Shown here one piece after another: positions 1 through 10,088 of a stretch of 64,000 nucleotides of DNA (the first letter of the stretch is position 1; each line of letters begins with the position of its first letter). The stretch comes from a virus. Its lineage: Duplodnaviria > Caudoviricetes. Below the pieces are notes generated by a model. It did no database searches. It saw nothing but the letters and a program-made list of their open reading frames with translations, and was not told the DNA's origin. Both the position numbers and the translations under genes were made by a program. The stretch spans positions 1 through 64,000 of IMG/VR virus record IMGVR_UViG_3300025723_000026; one strand, written 5' to 3'.

Positions 1-2
1 GA

Positions 3-2840
3 GCTGGTGAGCTTAGTGCTCTCTTTACAGAAAAACTTGTAACCGAGCTTGAAGAATATAAGCGTGATATAACTAAAGAGCTCAATGGTATTAATATTAC
101 CCTTGATAGTCTTATTAACGAGAAACTTGAAAAGAATAACGAAGAAGTAGATAAGCTCTTAGTCAATCGTTCAGGTATTCTCCAAGATCAGTTTAATGAA
201 TCAGTAACAGAGCAATTAGATAAACACAAGACAGAGTTATTCGATGAATTTAAAACCGTATCGACAAATACAGTTACAGGTTTATTTGAATCAAGAACAA
301 AAGAACTTAATACAGCTTTAGAGCTTGTTATTGACGAACACCGTAAGAATTTAAATACAACTATTGATCAGAAACTTAATGAAGTTAGTTCTTCGGTAAG
401 TAGATTTACTACTGATATTGAAGGTAAGCTACCTCAGCTAGATGAGACCATTAAAGATATTAACAAGAGATTACAAACCCTTGTTATTGAAAAGAAAAAC
501 GTTCAAGCTTTAGCTGATGATGCTAGAAAGTACACTGATACTAAGGTAGCTCAAGCTTCGGAAGAGATGATGAATTACGCTCGTCGTATTCTTGATCTTG
601 GAGGGGGTGGTGGCTCTGTAGCTGTTCAATTCGCCAATGGCGGTACTATGAATGGTAGCTTAAACGTCACCGGACAATACCTCTCCGGTGGTGTTGATAT
701 TAGTACATTATTTGGTAAGGGAGGGGGTGGAAGCGGTGGTACATATAGCCCTTATACAACAGGTACTAATACCGGTGCTATTATACCGGTTTCCGGTAGT
801 AATACAGCTTCAGGGATTTTTTCTAATGTAGCAGGTGGTTCAAATAATCTCACCTCAGGTAATTGTTCATTTGTCGGTGGTGGGGATACAAATTGTACTA
901 CGAATACACACGCTGTAGTTGCAGGTGGTAATCATAATTGCTCAATAGGGGGTGCTTCGTTTGTCGGTGGTGGTAGATTGAATACAGCATCAGCTCAGTA
1001 TAGCGCTGTTGTAGGTGGTAATCAAAATGGTAGCACATCTTATGCAGCTTCTGTGGTAGGCGGACAGAATAATAATGCCACAGGGGATTATTCTAGCGTA
1101 GTAGGTGGTAGTAATAATATAGCTTTAGGGAATCGATCCAATGTAACTGGTGGTATTTATAATACTTCTTCAGCATATGGTACCAATGTAGCAGGCGGAG
1201 GGTGTAACGCCGCTACACAAATTTATTCAAATGTAGCTGGCGGATATTGTAATACCGCTTCAGGATCCCATTCTAATGTAGCTGGTGGAGGTGGTAATAC
1301 TGCTTCTGGAAACTATTCAACTATTGCTAATGGTTCAAATGGTGATACTCAACCAAATGATACAAACTCTTGTAATTATATAGGCTATCAAGGTTCCGAT
1401 GGAAATTTGTATAGCGATAATACATGTTCAAATTATATCGGGCATTATTATAGTATAGCAGAAGGACCTTTATATTGCTGCACACAGACAAATTATACTC
1501 TTACCCAAACAGGTAATTTAGCTTGCGGTCAAAATAGTTTTATTGGTAACGGAAAAGGTTCTTGTGGTACTAGTTCAAATTATTGTGCTATAATAAACAA
1601 TAATACAGCTAGTGCTTATTACCAAAATTATAGTACCGGTAGTTGGGGTAGGGTTAATACAGCATCCGGTATTCATTCAACTGTCATTAATGGTTGTAAT
1701 AATATAGCTTCAGGGAATTTTTCTACAATTGCTGGTGGTTTTAATAACAATGATAACGGTCATTCGAATGTTTTTATTCTAGGTTCAAATCTTTGTGCTA
1801 CTCAGTCAGATACAACGTATGTCAATACAATAAATTCGCGTCTATACTGCGGTGGTACAGGATATGGCTCCACTAACTGTAATGGTACGTCATATGGGGG
1901 TATCGGTGGAACTATTAATATTAATGGTGGCAATGGTGCTGATAGCGATACCGGAAACGGTGGACCCGGTGGTTCAATTGATTTAACTGGCGGTAATTCT
2001 TCATCTGGTGGTTGCCCTGCAGGGAGTGGTGGATCGATTGATATGCGCGGAGCTGGTGGCTATAGTGTCGATCCCGGGGGATCTCTCAATACAAGCTGTG
2101 GTGGTGGATCGATTATAACTAATGGGACTGGATGTATTGGTCTAGGTTACGAGGGCTATGGAGTTGTCGGTAATAATTTCAGTAGCTCCCAAACAATGAT
2201 TTGCGGTACAGCTACTGCACATCGAGATATTTGTTTTCCTGATAAATCAGGTGTTGTTGCTTTATTGTCTGATACTTTATCACCGTATATCTCCGGTTCT
2301 GGTACTGCTTCAATTGTAACAGTGTACGGCATTAATACTGCTTCCGGTTGTTATAGTACTATTGGTGGAGGTAATTGTAATGCCGTGTCAGGGCGTTATT
2401 CGACAATTGTTAATGGATTTAGTAGTTGTGCTACAGGTTATGCAACATTTGTAGGAGCAGGAAGTGGTATTAAAGCTACGGGCAACTATGCTGTAGCTGT
2501 TGGTGGTCGGTGTAATACAGCTTCTGGAAATTATTCCAGTGTACTTGGTGGTGGTAATAATATTGCTTCTGGGGCTTGTTCAGCAATTCTTGGTGGTTGT
2601 AGAAATAACACGTCAAACGTAGATAATACATTTATTCTCGGTTCAGATATTACAGCTTCACTACCGAGTTATACATATGTGAATAATTTATCCTCGCAAG
2701 GAACCATCGCAACAAGTAATTTAATTATCAGTAAAACACCTAGCACATTTACAAACCCAGTAACAGCCTCTGGAACGTTCCTAATAGTAAATATTAACGG
2801 TACAAATAAAGCCATTCAACTCTGGGATTACTCTTCATAA
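3..2840 (+). CDS. Virion fibre-like protein, 5'-partial: coiled coil, ARRILDLGGGGGS junction, GGxxNxASG beta-roll repeats
   Basis: Frame 3 is open from position 3 (AGELSALFTEKLVTELEEY...), so the ORF starts before the window and the track's 567 start is internal; 14-15 aa repeats resemble YadA-head-type beta-rolls. Confidence 0.8.
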   Translation, partial: AGELSALFTEKLVTELEEYKRDITKELNGINITLDSLINEKLEKNNEEVDKLLVNRSGILQDQFNESVTEQLDKHKTELFDEFKTVSTNTVTGLFESRTKELNTALELVIDEHRKNLNTTIDQKLNEVSSSVSRFTTDIEGKLPQLDETIKDINKRLQTLVIEKKNVQALADDARKYTDTKVAQASEEMMNYARRILDLGGGGGSVAVQFANGGTMNGSLNVTGQYLSGGVDISTLFGKGGGGSGGTYSPYTTGTNTGAIIPVSGSNTASGIFSNVAGGSNNLTSGNCSFVGGGDTNCTTNTHAVVAGGNHNCSIGGASFVGGGRLNTASAQYSAVVGGNQNGSTSYAASVVGGQNNNATGDYSSVVGGSNNIALGNRSNVTGGIYNTSSAYGTNVAGGGCNAATQIYSNVAGGYCNTASGSHSNVAGGGGNTASGNYSTIANGSNGDTQPNDTNSCNYIGYQGSDGNLYSDNTCSNYIGHYYSIAEGPLYCCTQTNYTLTQTGNLACGQNSFIGNGKGSCGTSSNYCAIINNNTASAYYQNYSTGSWGRVNTASGIHSTVINGCNNIASGNFSTIAGGFNNNDNGHSNVFILGSNLCATQSDTTYVNTINSRLYCGGTGYGSTNCNGTSYGGIGGTININGGNGADSDTGNGGPGGSIDLTGGNSSSGGCPAGSGGSIDMRGAGGYSVDPGGSLNTSCGGGSIITNGTGCIGLGYEGYGVVGNNFSSSQTMICGTATAHRDICFPDKSGVVALLSDTLSPYISGSGTASIVTVYGINTASGCYSTIGGGNCNAVSGRYSTIVNGFSSCATGYATFVGAGSGIKATGNYAVAVGGRCNTASGNYSSVLGGGNNIASGACSAILGGCRNNTSNVDNTFILGSDITASLPSYTYVNNLSSQGTIATSNLIISKTPSTFTNPVTASGTFLIVNINGTNKAIQLWDYSS

Positions 2841-2843
2841 AAT

Positions 2844-5800
2844 ATGTCACTACAAATCGAAACACAGCCTTTTCAGTTTAATAGCTCCGTTACAGGTTTA
2901 TCTAGTGCTATCTTTAACTCAGTTTCTGCTGTATCTCTATCAGGTATATTCTATGGCGATGGGTCAAACTTAACCGGTGTTAGTAACTATAATGGATCTG
3001 ATATAAAAGCCCTCACTGGTAATTGGCAATCAACCTTTACTACTGTATCAGCTAAGTCAGGTAACTGGAATACAGCCTATAATAATGCAATCTATACAGT
3101 TAACGGTACCGCTAATCAAATTGTTGCAACCCCTACTGGAGCAAATACAGGAAATAACTCTGTTATAATAAGCTTACCAAATAGTGCAATATTTCCTGGT
3201 GATGTTTCTATTATTGGTAATTTAACTATAGCAGGGTCAGCTACCTATATTAATACTAAGAATCTCATAGTAGGTGATAACATTATCTATTTTAATGATA
3301 ACAATTATGGAAGCAATACCCTGGACATGGGTATTGTTTCTCATTTCTCTCAAGCCCCACTTGGCTACAACCATACAGGATTAATAAGAAGAGCAGGACA
3401 GGGAAACCCAGGTGTTTGGACTTTATTCTCTGGGTTAACAACTGAACCAGCATCTGCTACAAATATAGATTGGAATGATAAGAATATTGTAATTGATACA
3501 TTAAGTGCGAACTTAATCGGTAATGTAACAGGTAATGCTGACACCGTTACTAATGGTGTTTATACAAATCAATCATATTCTAATCCTTCATGGATTACTT
3601 CTTTAGCTGATACAAAGATTACAGGAACTACATTTGCTACTAATACTACACTACAGAGCACGTCAGCTCTTCTCACTACTCTAACTCTCACTAATACTCT
3701 TACATCTCAATTAGTTCTTAATACCACTTTTAATAACTATCAAACAAATGTAGCGAGTAGTACTGCCACTTTATTACCTACAAGTATCTATCAAAATACT
3801 TCTGGTTCATTTGTTCCCTATACGGCTATTAATTCTGTATCAGGTAACTGGAATACGGCTTATCAAGCTCTTTCAACTAATCCTTACATTCTCAATCAAA
3901 CTCTTTCTTCAACAACAACTCTTATTGGTTCTAATACAGCTAATAATACATTCTCAGAAGTCTTAGGAGGTAACTGTAATTTAGCATCTGGTACATATTC
4001 AACAATTGTCAATGGATTCAGTAGTTGTGCTACAGGTTACGCAACATTTATAGGAGCAGGAAGTGGTATTAAAGCTACAGGTAACTATGCTGTAGCTGTT
4101 GGTGGTCAGTGTAATACAGCTTCTGGTTGTTATAGTACTGTTGGGGGTGGTGTATCTAATACAGCTTCTGGTTCAAAATCCTTTGTCGGCGGTGGTGGGG
4201 CAAGTGGAGCTGGTAACACAGCATCAGCACAATATAGTATTATTGTAGGTGGTAAGCAAAACTGTATATCTGGGGTAAATTCGCACGGTATTATTGTAGG
4301 TGGTTGCAGTAACATATTATGTACAGTTGGCTCAGCAAATTACCCTGCTATAGTAGGCGGTCAAAGTAATAAACATACATACTCAGGTTATAGCTTTATA
4401 GGTGGAGGTTGTAATAATTGCACTTGCTCCCAATTTGGACAATCGCAAAATATAAACTATGCAACAGTTGTAGGTGGTAATGCAAATGCAGTAACTAATA
4501 ACTACTCAATCATTGGTGGAGGGTTAGGAAACTACAATCCATTAAGAGATTCTCAAATTGTTGGAGGTGTTGCAAACCATACTGGTGGTTATGCTCCTTC
4601 AAACTTTGTAACTGGTACTTCATTATCTGGTAATGGTTCATGTACCTGTATCTGTGGTACTAATATTCAGAACTGTTTCTCTTATCCCTTTACATCTGGT
4701 AACATTTCTGTTTATTATGCAACAGCTGCTAACCCATTAAGTGCTGGTACATTTAGTACTGCTACAATTGCTGCAACTGGTACAAACTATGTTATTCTTA
4801 ATACAGACTATAGTGCATGTTCAAATGGATTGAGTGCAACGAGCTTATATGTCTATGATAGAGCAATTAATAATACAGGTTATGATAACTTTATAGGTGG
4901 TGGAAAACTCAATACAGCTTCTGGTTGTTATGGAGTTATAGGTGGTGGTGTTTGTAATGTATCGACTGGAGCCTATGGTACTATTGCTGGTGGATGCTTT
5001 AACAAAGCAACAGGCTGTTTATCTTTTATTGGTAGTGGTAGAAATAACTGTACATCAAGCTCCAGGTCTGTAATCGTAGGTGGAGATAATAATACATCAT
5101 CCAATGGATATACGTTTATTGGTAATGGATATAATAATTGTGCATCTGGTAATGGAGCTGTGGTTGTTGGTGGTAATGGTAGCAATGTTTCGTCTGGTGG
5201 TAGTTCGTTTGTTGGAGCTGGTTCTAGTAATATAGCGTCAGGGGGACAGTCGGTAATTGTTGGTGGTATAACTAACTCTACATCAGGTTGTGTATCTACA
5301 ATCGTTGGGGGTAGATACAATTATAATCCTCTCTATAATTCTGATATTCATGGTGGTTCATTTAACCATACTGGTGGTTATGCTCCTTTAAACATCGTTA
5401 CAAGTACATCATTATCTGGTAATGGATCTTGTAGCTGTATTTGTGGTTCTAATATACAGAACTGTTTTGCTTCTGTTGCTTCTAATTCAATCTTTGCTTA
5501 CTATGCTACAGCAACAAACCCATTAAGTTCTGGTACATATACTACAGCTACCATTACAGCTTCTGGTACAAACTATGTTATCTTTAACAAAGACTTTAGT
5601 GCTTGTGTTAATGGTTTATCAGCGACTAATTTATATCTTTATGATAGTACTGTAAACAATACAGGATGCTTTAACTTTATTGGTGGTGGTGTATTGAATA
5701 CAGTTTCAGGTTGTTATGGTGTTTTAGGTGGTGGTAAATGTAATTTAGCTTCAGGTATTATGGCTATAGTTGGTGGCGGTTGCTGTAACATTGCATCTGG

Positions 5801-6743
5801 TGGACAAAGTACGGTATCTGGCGGTTATAAAAATACAGCATCTGGTGGATACAATACTGTTGGTGGTGGTAGTACAAATACTGCTGGTACTGGTAACGGT
5901 AACACTGTAGCTGGTGGCAGAGGTAATGTAGCATCTGGTGGTTATGGACTTATTGGTAGTGGTTATGGCAATAACAACGCTGGTGGTTATTCGGCAATTG
6001 CTGGTGGTTGTACTAACTGCGCGTGTGGCACAGTTTACCCTAATCCTGCTTTTCAGTTTATTGGGGCAGGCGCTTGTAATAAAGTATCTAATGGATTTAC
6101 CTCTATCGTTGGCGGTTTCTGCAATACAGCTTCTGGTAACTATTCCTTCGTTGCTGGTGGTTCTGCTAATGATACAAAGGGATTTACTAATACCTTCATC
6201 TTAGGTACAGCATTGAGTGCAACACAGGCTAATACAACATATGTCAATAATCTCTCCGTTCAAGGTAATATAGCTTCTAATACATCATATGTTGTAACAG
6301 CAGCTTTAACAGCTAATCAAACAATGGGTAGTGGTACCGATACAGTCTTAACACTCGATCCTAAGAATGATCCAAATAGCTGGTTTAGTAGAACAGCAGG
6401 AACAGGATTAACTGCTCGTAGAATTACACCGACAATTCCTGGTTATTATAACATTAATTATCAAGTTAGTTGGCAACCGAGTGTGTCGGCTGTTGGTGCC
6501 CAAAACAATATTCAAATAATGAAAGTTTCAGGCGGTACAGGCTCAGCCAATACAATATCTATTGTACAGCAACCCATTATTAATACATCTATTAATACCA
6601 CACAAAATACATCAGCTGTAACTTATATGAACGGTACAACTGATTATCTTTATTTTCAGGGATATTCAAGTAATTCGGCTCAGGTAGTTACAGGTGAATC
6701 TAATGGTGTTTGGACAAAGGTTGAAGTCTTTAAGATTAACTAA
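2844..6743 (+). CDS. Long tail fibre/adhesin with beta-roll repeats, a duplicated insertion domain and a C1q/TNF-like C-terminal domain
   Basis: 1299 aa; many GG(x)CNTASG repeats; C-terminus TPTIPGYYNINYQV...YMNGTTDYLYFQGY resembles C1q-like heads. Confidence 0.75.
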   Translation: MSLQIETQPFQFNSSVTGLSSAIFNSVSAVSLSGIFYGDGSNLTGVSNYNGSDIKALTGNWQSTFTTVSAKSGNWNTAYNNAIYTVNGTANQIVATPTGANTGNNSVIISLPNSAIFPGDVSIIGNLTIAGSATYINTKNLIVGDNIIYFNDNNYGSNTLDMGIVSHFSQAPLGYNHTGLIRRAGQGNPGVWTLFSGLTTEPASATNIDWNDKNIVIDTLSANLIGNVTGNADTVTNGVYTNQSYSNPSWITSLADTKITGTTFATNTTLQSTSALLTTLTLTNTLTSQLVLNTTFNNYQTNVASSTATLLPTSIYQNTSGSFVPYTAINSVSGNWNTAYQALSTNPYILNQTLSSTTTLIGSNTANNTFSEVLGGNCNLASGTYSTIVNGFSSCATGYATFIGAGSGIKATGNYAVAVGGQCNTASGCYSTVGGGVSNTASGSKSFVGGGGASGAGNTASAQYSIIVGGKQNCISGVNSHGIIVGGCSNILCTVGSANYPAIVGGQSNKHTYSGYSFIGGGCNNCTCSQFGQSQNINYATVVGGNANAVTNNYSIIGGGLGNYNPLRDSQIVGGVANHTGGYAPSNFVTGTSLSGNGSCTCICGTNIQNCFSYPFTSGNISVYYATAANPLSAGTFSTATIAATGTNYVILNTDYSACSNGLSATSLYVYDRAINNTGYDNFIGGGKLNTASGCYGVIGGGVCNVSTGAYGTIAGGCFNKATGCLSFIGSGRNNCTSSSRSVIVGGDNNTSSNGYTFIGNGYNNCASGNGAVVVGGNGSNVSSGGSSFVGAGSSNIASGGQSVIVGGITNSTSGCVSTIVGGRYNYNPLYNSDIHGGSFNHTGGYAPLNIVTSTSLSGNGSCSCICGSNIQNCFASVASNSIFAYYATATNPLSSGTYTTATITASGTNYVIFNKDFSACVNGLSATNLYLYDSTVNNTGCFNFIGGGVLNTVSGCYGVLGGGKCNLASGIMAIVGGGCCNIASGGQSTVSGGYKNTASGGYNTVGGGSTNTAGTGNGNTVAGGRGNVASGGYGLIGSGYGNNNAGGYSAIAGGCTNCACGTVYPNPAFQFIGAGACNKVSNGFTSIVGGFCNTASGNYSFVAGGSANDTKGFTNTFILGTALSATQANTTYVNNLSVQGNIASNTSYVVTAALTANQTMGSGTDTVLTLDPKNDPNSWFSRTAGTGLTARRITPTIPGYYNINYQVSWQPSVSAVGAQNNIQIMKVSGGTGSANTISIVQQPIINTSINTTQNTSAVTYMNGTTDYLYFQGYSSNSAQVVTGESNGVWTKVEVFKIN

Positions 6744-6795
6744 ATGTTCTGTAGTATAGGACTCGAATTTTATAGTTTTTTAAGTAAATACTAAC

Positions 6796-8307
6796 GTGGA
6801 ACAAGATCCGTTTATAAACTTTCTATCCAATCTCACCGAGAAGATTAGTGTTGAAAAAGAGCATAAGGCGTTGATGGAGAAAATAAACTCCGAACAACCT
6901 ACTCTAACGGTATCACCATTAGAAGAAACTCTATCCAGATTACAAGAAAAAATAACTCAACAAGTTCAAGCTCATATAGAAGTTACTACACCAAAAGAAA
7001 AAATTGAAGAGGTGGTAATTAATGAAAATAAAGAAGAGCAAATATTAGAAGAAGAGAGTTTTGGTGACTTTGTTAATAAGCTTGAAAATATTCTTAAAAC
7101 ACCAAGAAAAGAAATACCTATTCAGGATATTGTTAAAGAAGAAGCTCCAATTGAAGAAGAACCTATTGATGAAATAGAGCCAGAAATAAACCCCTATGTT
7201 CAAGAGCTTATGAAACAATCAATTGAAAAACAACCGGAATCAAGCAAGTATATTAACGATCTTGATAAACTTACAACAAAAGTCGTAGCTGAAAAACAAC
7301 CTGAAAAAATAGAAGATGTTAAGAAATTAATCGAAGAGTATGTTACAAAATACGCTAGGAGAATTTTGGATCTCGGCGGCGGCGGTGGATCAGTGGCTCA
7401 GCAATTTGCCAATGGCGGTACAATGAATGGTAATCTTAATGTTACCGGACAGTACCTCTCCGGTGGTGTTGATCTTGCTAGTATTATTGCAAGTAATTTT
7501 AATACAGGTAATTTTGCTTTTAGTGGTAGTGAGATTTATACTGTAGATAATAGCGATATAATTATAGGTAGTAATATTGTTCCATCGAGTAATACTTTTA
7601 GTTTAGGTTCTTTAGGCAATCCTTTTGATACACTTTATCTAGCAGCAAATTCTTTATCTCTTGCTTCTAATTCCCCTGGTGCTTCAGCTCTAACTATAGA
7701 AAATGATGGTAAAAATTTTAATATTCTTAACGGTGGTTTACGCTCGTTAGAATTATATACCGGTGGTTTACTATTAAGTGGTAATAATATTGGAGCCGAT
7801 CCTATGGCTAGTGGATTACCTATGAATATAGGTACTAACGGCTTACCTGCTGTTAATTTCCTTGCACCTTTGAGTGCACAATCTAATACATATTTAAATA
7901 GTGTTACAGCAACTAAAGCGCAAATAGGTAAATCGTTTTCAAACTTTACAGATATTTCAACTGTTACAAATACAACAGCTATTAGTGCTGATTTTTCAAA
8001 AGACACGCTCATTCATCTTCATGCCTATAAAAATGGAACAATTAATTCTGTATCTAGCCCACTTAAAATTGTTCCTATCAATTTTACTGCAGGGAGTACG
8101 GTTGATATTCTTATCTTTAACCCGTTGCCTAGTAACGGTGTTGTTTATGTGGACTGGGGGGGTGTATATGCTACATTCCCTAACTATCAAAATTCAAATG
8201 GAGCTCCATATATTGTTGCTCTAAGTAGTATAGGTACAACACAAACCTATCACTTTAGATACATCTGTATTGACGGTACGCTAGCTAACACATTTATTAC
8301 AACATAA
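6796..8307 (+). CDS. Structural protein: acidic coiled coil, ARRILDLGGGGGS junction, variable C-terminal domain
   Basis: 503 aa; shares junction module with the first ORF; TAAATA 5 nt before GTG start. Confidence 0.65.
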   Translation: MEQDPFINFLSNLTEKISVEKEHKALMEKINSEQPTLTVSPLEETLSRLQEKITQQVQAHIEVTTPKEKIEEVVINENKEEQILEEESFGDFVNKLENILKTPRKEIPIQDIVKEEAPIEEEPIDEIEPEINPYVQELMKQSIEKQPESSKYINDLDKLTTKVVAEKQPEKIEDVKKLIEEYVTKYARRILDLGGGGGSVAQQFANGGTMNGNLNVTGQYLSGGVDLASIIASNFNTGNFAFSGSEIYTVDNSDIIIGSNIVPSSNTFSLGSLGNPFDTLYLAANSLSLASNSPGASALTIENDGKNFNILNGGLRSLELYTGGLLLSGNNIGADPMASGLPMNIGTNGLPAVNFLAPLSAQSNTYLNSVTATKAQIGKSFSNFTDISTVTNTTAISADFSKDTLIHLHAYKNGTINSVSSPLKIVPINFTAGSTVDILIFNPLPSNGVVYVDWGGVYATFPNYQNSNGAPYIVALSSIGTTQTYHFRYICIDGTLANTFITT

Positions 8308-8463
8308 CTAATTATTAGTATATTTTCTTGTACGGCGGTGAATACAAGCACCTCTACCTTCGGCGATAATTTGTGCACGAGTTTTGTACACGGTAACCGG
8401 AGCAGGATCGAGCTTCTTTTTATTCAAAAGCTGATCTACAATCTCTTTGATCGCGCGCATCAT
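8308..8463 (-). CDS. Small basic hypothetical protein (51 aa)
   Basis: Translated by hand: MMRAIKEIVDQLLNKKKLDPAPVTVYKTRAQIIAEGRGACIHRRTRKYTNN. Confidence 0.5.
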   Translation of the reverse strand: MMRAIKEIVDQLLNKKKLDPAPVTVYKTRAQIIAEGRGACIHRRTRKYTNN

Positions 8464-8536
8464 ATATGATAAAACTATTTAGTGACCCTTGTCACTAAAT
8501 TTATCACAAAGAGAAACTTTTAGTTAAAAAAGTTTT

Positions 8537-9085
8537 TTAGGCGTTGTATACGATAACGGGACCACCAGCGCTACAAGCAACTCCAGTAAACGGGCCGTAG
8601 ATAATACCAACAGTTGAAGCAATTGAAACGCCAGTTATAGCACCAACAAAGCTTCCAGTAGCTGTAAGGCCGTTGAAGGTTGCATTTGTACCGAGAATCT
8701 GTAAAGCACCAAATGTACCGTAGGCCGAACCACCAGCTGTAATTGTTGTAAACCCCCCCTGACCTACGATAAAGTCTTCAGAGTTTACTACATAATTAAG
8801 AGTAGCGAACTTTGGATAGATACTAACAGCAGTAAGAGAAGGTGGCGGGTTATTAGGTGACCAGAAACTACCTGAAAGGGGTTGGGTACCGAGTTTAACG
8901 TCAGAAGGAATATAGGCTTGGGTATTATCTGGCCATGCATTGTCAGTTACTACAATAGATGAAATTGCAGGAAAACGACTATCACCGACAATCTCAACAT
9001 ATATACCTTGTTCGTATTGAGAGCGATTTACTACGTAAGACGGATTGTAAGAAGCATATGCTAAGGGAATCTGTGGTTCAGTCAT
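8537..9085 (-). CDS. Hypothetical, probably structural, protein
   Basis: 182 aa ORF with TAAATA upstream. Confidence 0.6.
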   Translation of the reverse strand: MTEPQIPLAYASYNPSYVVNRSQYEQGIYVEIVGDSRFPAISSIVVTDNAWPDNTQAYIPSDVKLGTQPLSGSFWSPNNPPPSLTAVSIYPKFATLNYVVNSEDFIVGQGGFTTITAGGSAYGTFGALQILGTNATFNGLTATGSFVGAITGVSIASTVGIIYGPFTGVACSAGGPVIVYNA

Positions 9086-9141
9086 AATAAGTTATAATTA
9101 TTTAATGTTGAATACTGTTTTTTTGTATATAAAATATCTAT

Positions 9142-10086
9142 ATGCCGGACAAATATATTATATTTCACATTGATGGAGGAGCAGGTAAAAACATTATTGC
9201 TACAGCTGTCTGTCGTTCAATCAAGACTGCTTATCCTGAACATAAGCTTGTTGTCGTAACAGCGTGGCCGGAGATCTTCTTACATAATCCGAATGTATAC
9301 AGAGTATATAAGTTTGGCAATCTTCCTTATTTTTATGATGATTATGTAAAGAACAAGGAGTCAAGGATTTTAAGACTTGAACCTTATCATACAGAAGATT
9401 TTCTCTACCGCAGAAAGCACCTCAGTGAAATTTGGTGTGATCTATTCTGTATTCCAACAACTGGTGAAAAACCTGAACTCTTTCTTACACAAAGAGAGCT
9501 TATGTATGTGGAGAAAAATCTTCAGAAAGACGGTCCTATATTATTAATTCAATCATCAGGTGGAGCTGAGAATCAGCAACATCCTTATAGCTGGGCTAGA
9601 GACCTCCCACCATCTATAGCCCAAGATGTTGTCAATACAGTATCGGGTAATTTTAAAAAGATACTTCATGTAAGACGCGAGAATCAACCTGAGCTCATTA
9701 ATACAATTCGTGTAACAGATAACTTACGTAACCTTTTCTGTCATGTAGTATTAGCTGATAAGATTCTTGGTATTGATTCCTTAATTCAACATGCCGCAGC
9801 AGCTTTTGGTAAACAAGCAACTGTTTGTTGGATTGCAAATGATCCTGATGTATTTGGTTATAAGATACATAAGAACATTATAGCTGAAGGACATAAAAAC
9901 TTTGGTCATCAAATTGATCATTATCTCGATCAGGCTGATTGGATTGGTAGTAATTTTTATCAATGTGATTACTCCGATCTTAATCAAATCTTTAATAGGG
10001 AAGAAATTGTTGAGTCCTTGCTAGGAACAAAGGGTGGCGAATTATTATTTGATTTTGATGTTAATAATCATACAATAACAGTATAA
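9142..10086 (+). CDS. Glycosyltransferase family 9 (heptosyltransferase-like)
   Basis: N-terminal HIDGGAGKNIIATAV and C-terminal GIDSLIQHAAAAFGK match GT9 GxGD and DSxxxHxAxA motifs. Confidence 0.75.
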   Translation: MPDKYIIFHIDGGAGKNIIATAVCRSIKTAYPEHKLVVVTAWPEIFLHNPNVYRVYKFGNLPYFYDDYVKNKESRILRLEPYHTEDFLYRRKHLSEIWCDLFCIPTTGEKPELFLTQRELMYVEKNLQKDGPILLIQSSGGAENQQHPYSWARDLPPSIAQDVVNTVSGNFKKILHVRRENQPELINTIRVTDNLRNLFCHVVLADKILGIDSLIQHAAAAFGKQATVCWIANDPDVFGYKIHKNIIAEGHKNFGHQIDHYLDQADWIGSNFYQCDYSDLNQIFNREEIVESLLGTKGGELLFDFDVNNHTITV

Positions 10087-10088
10087 CC

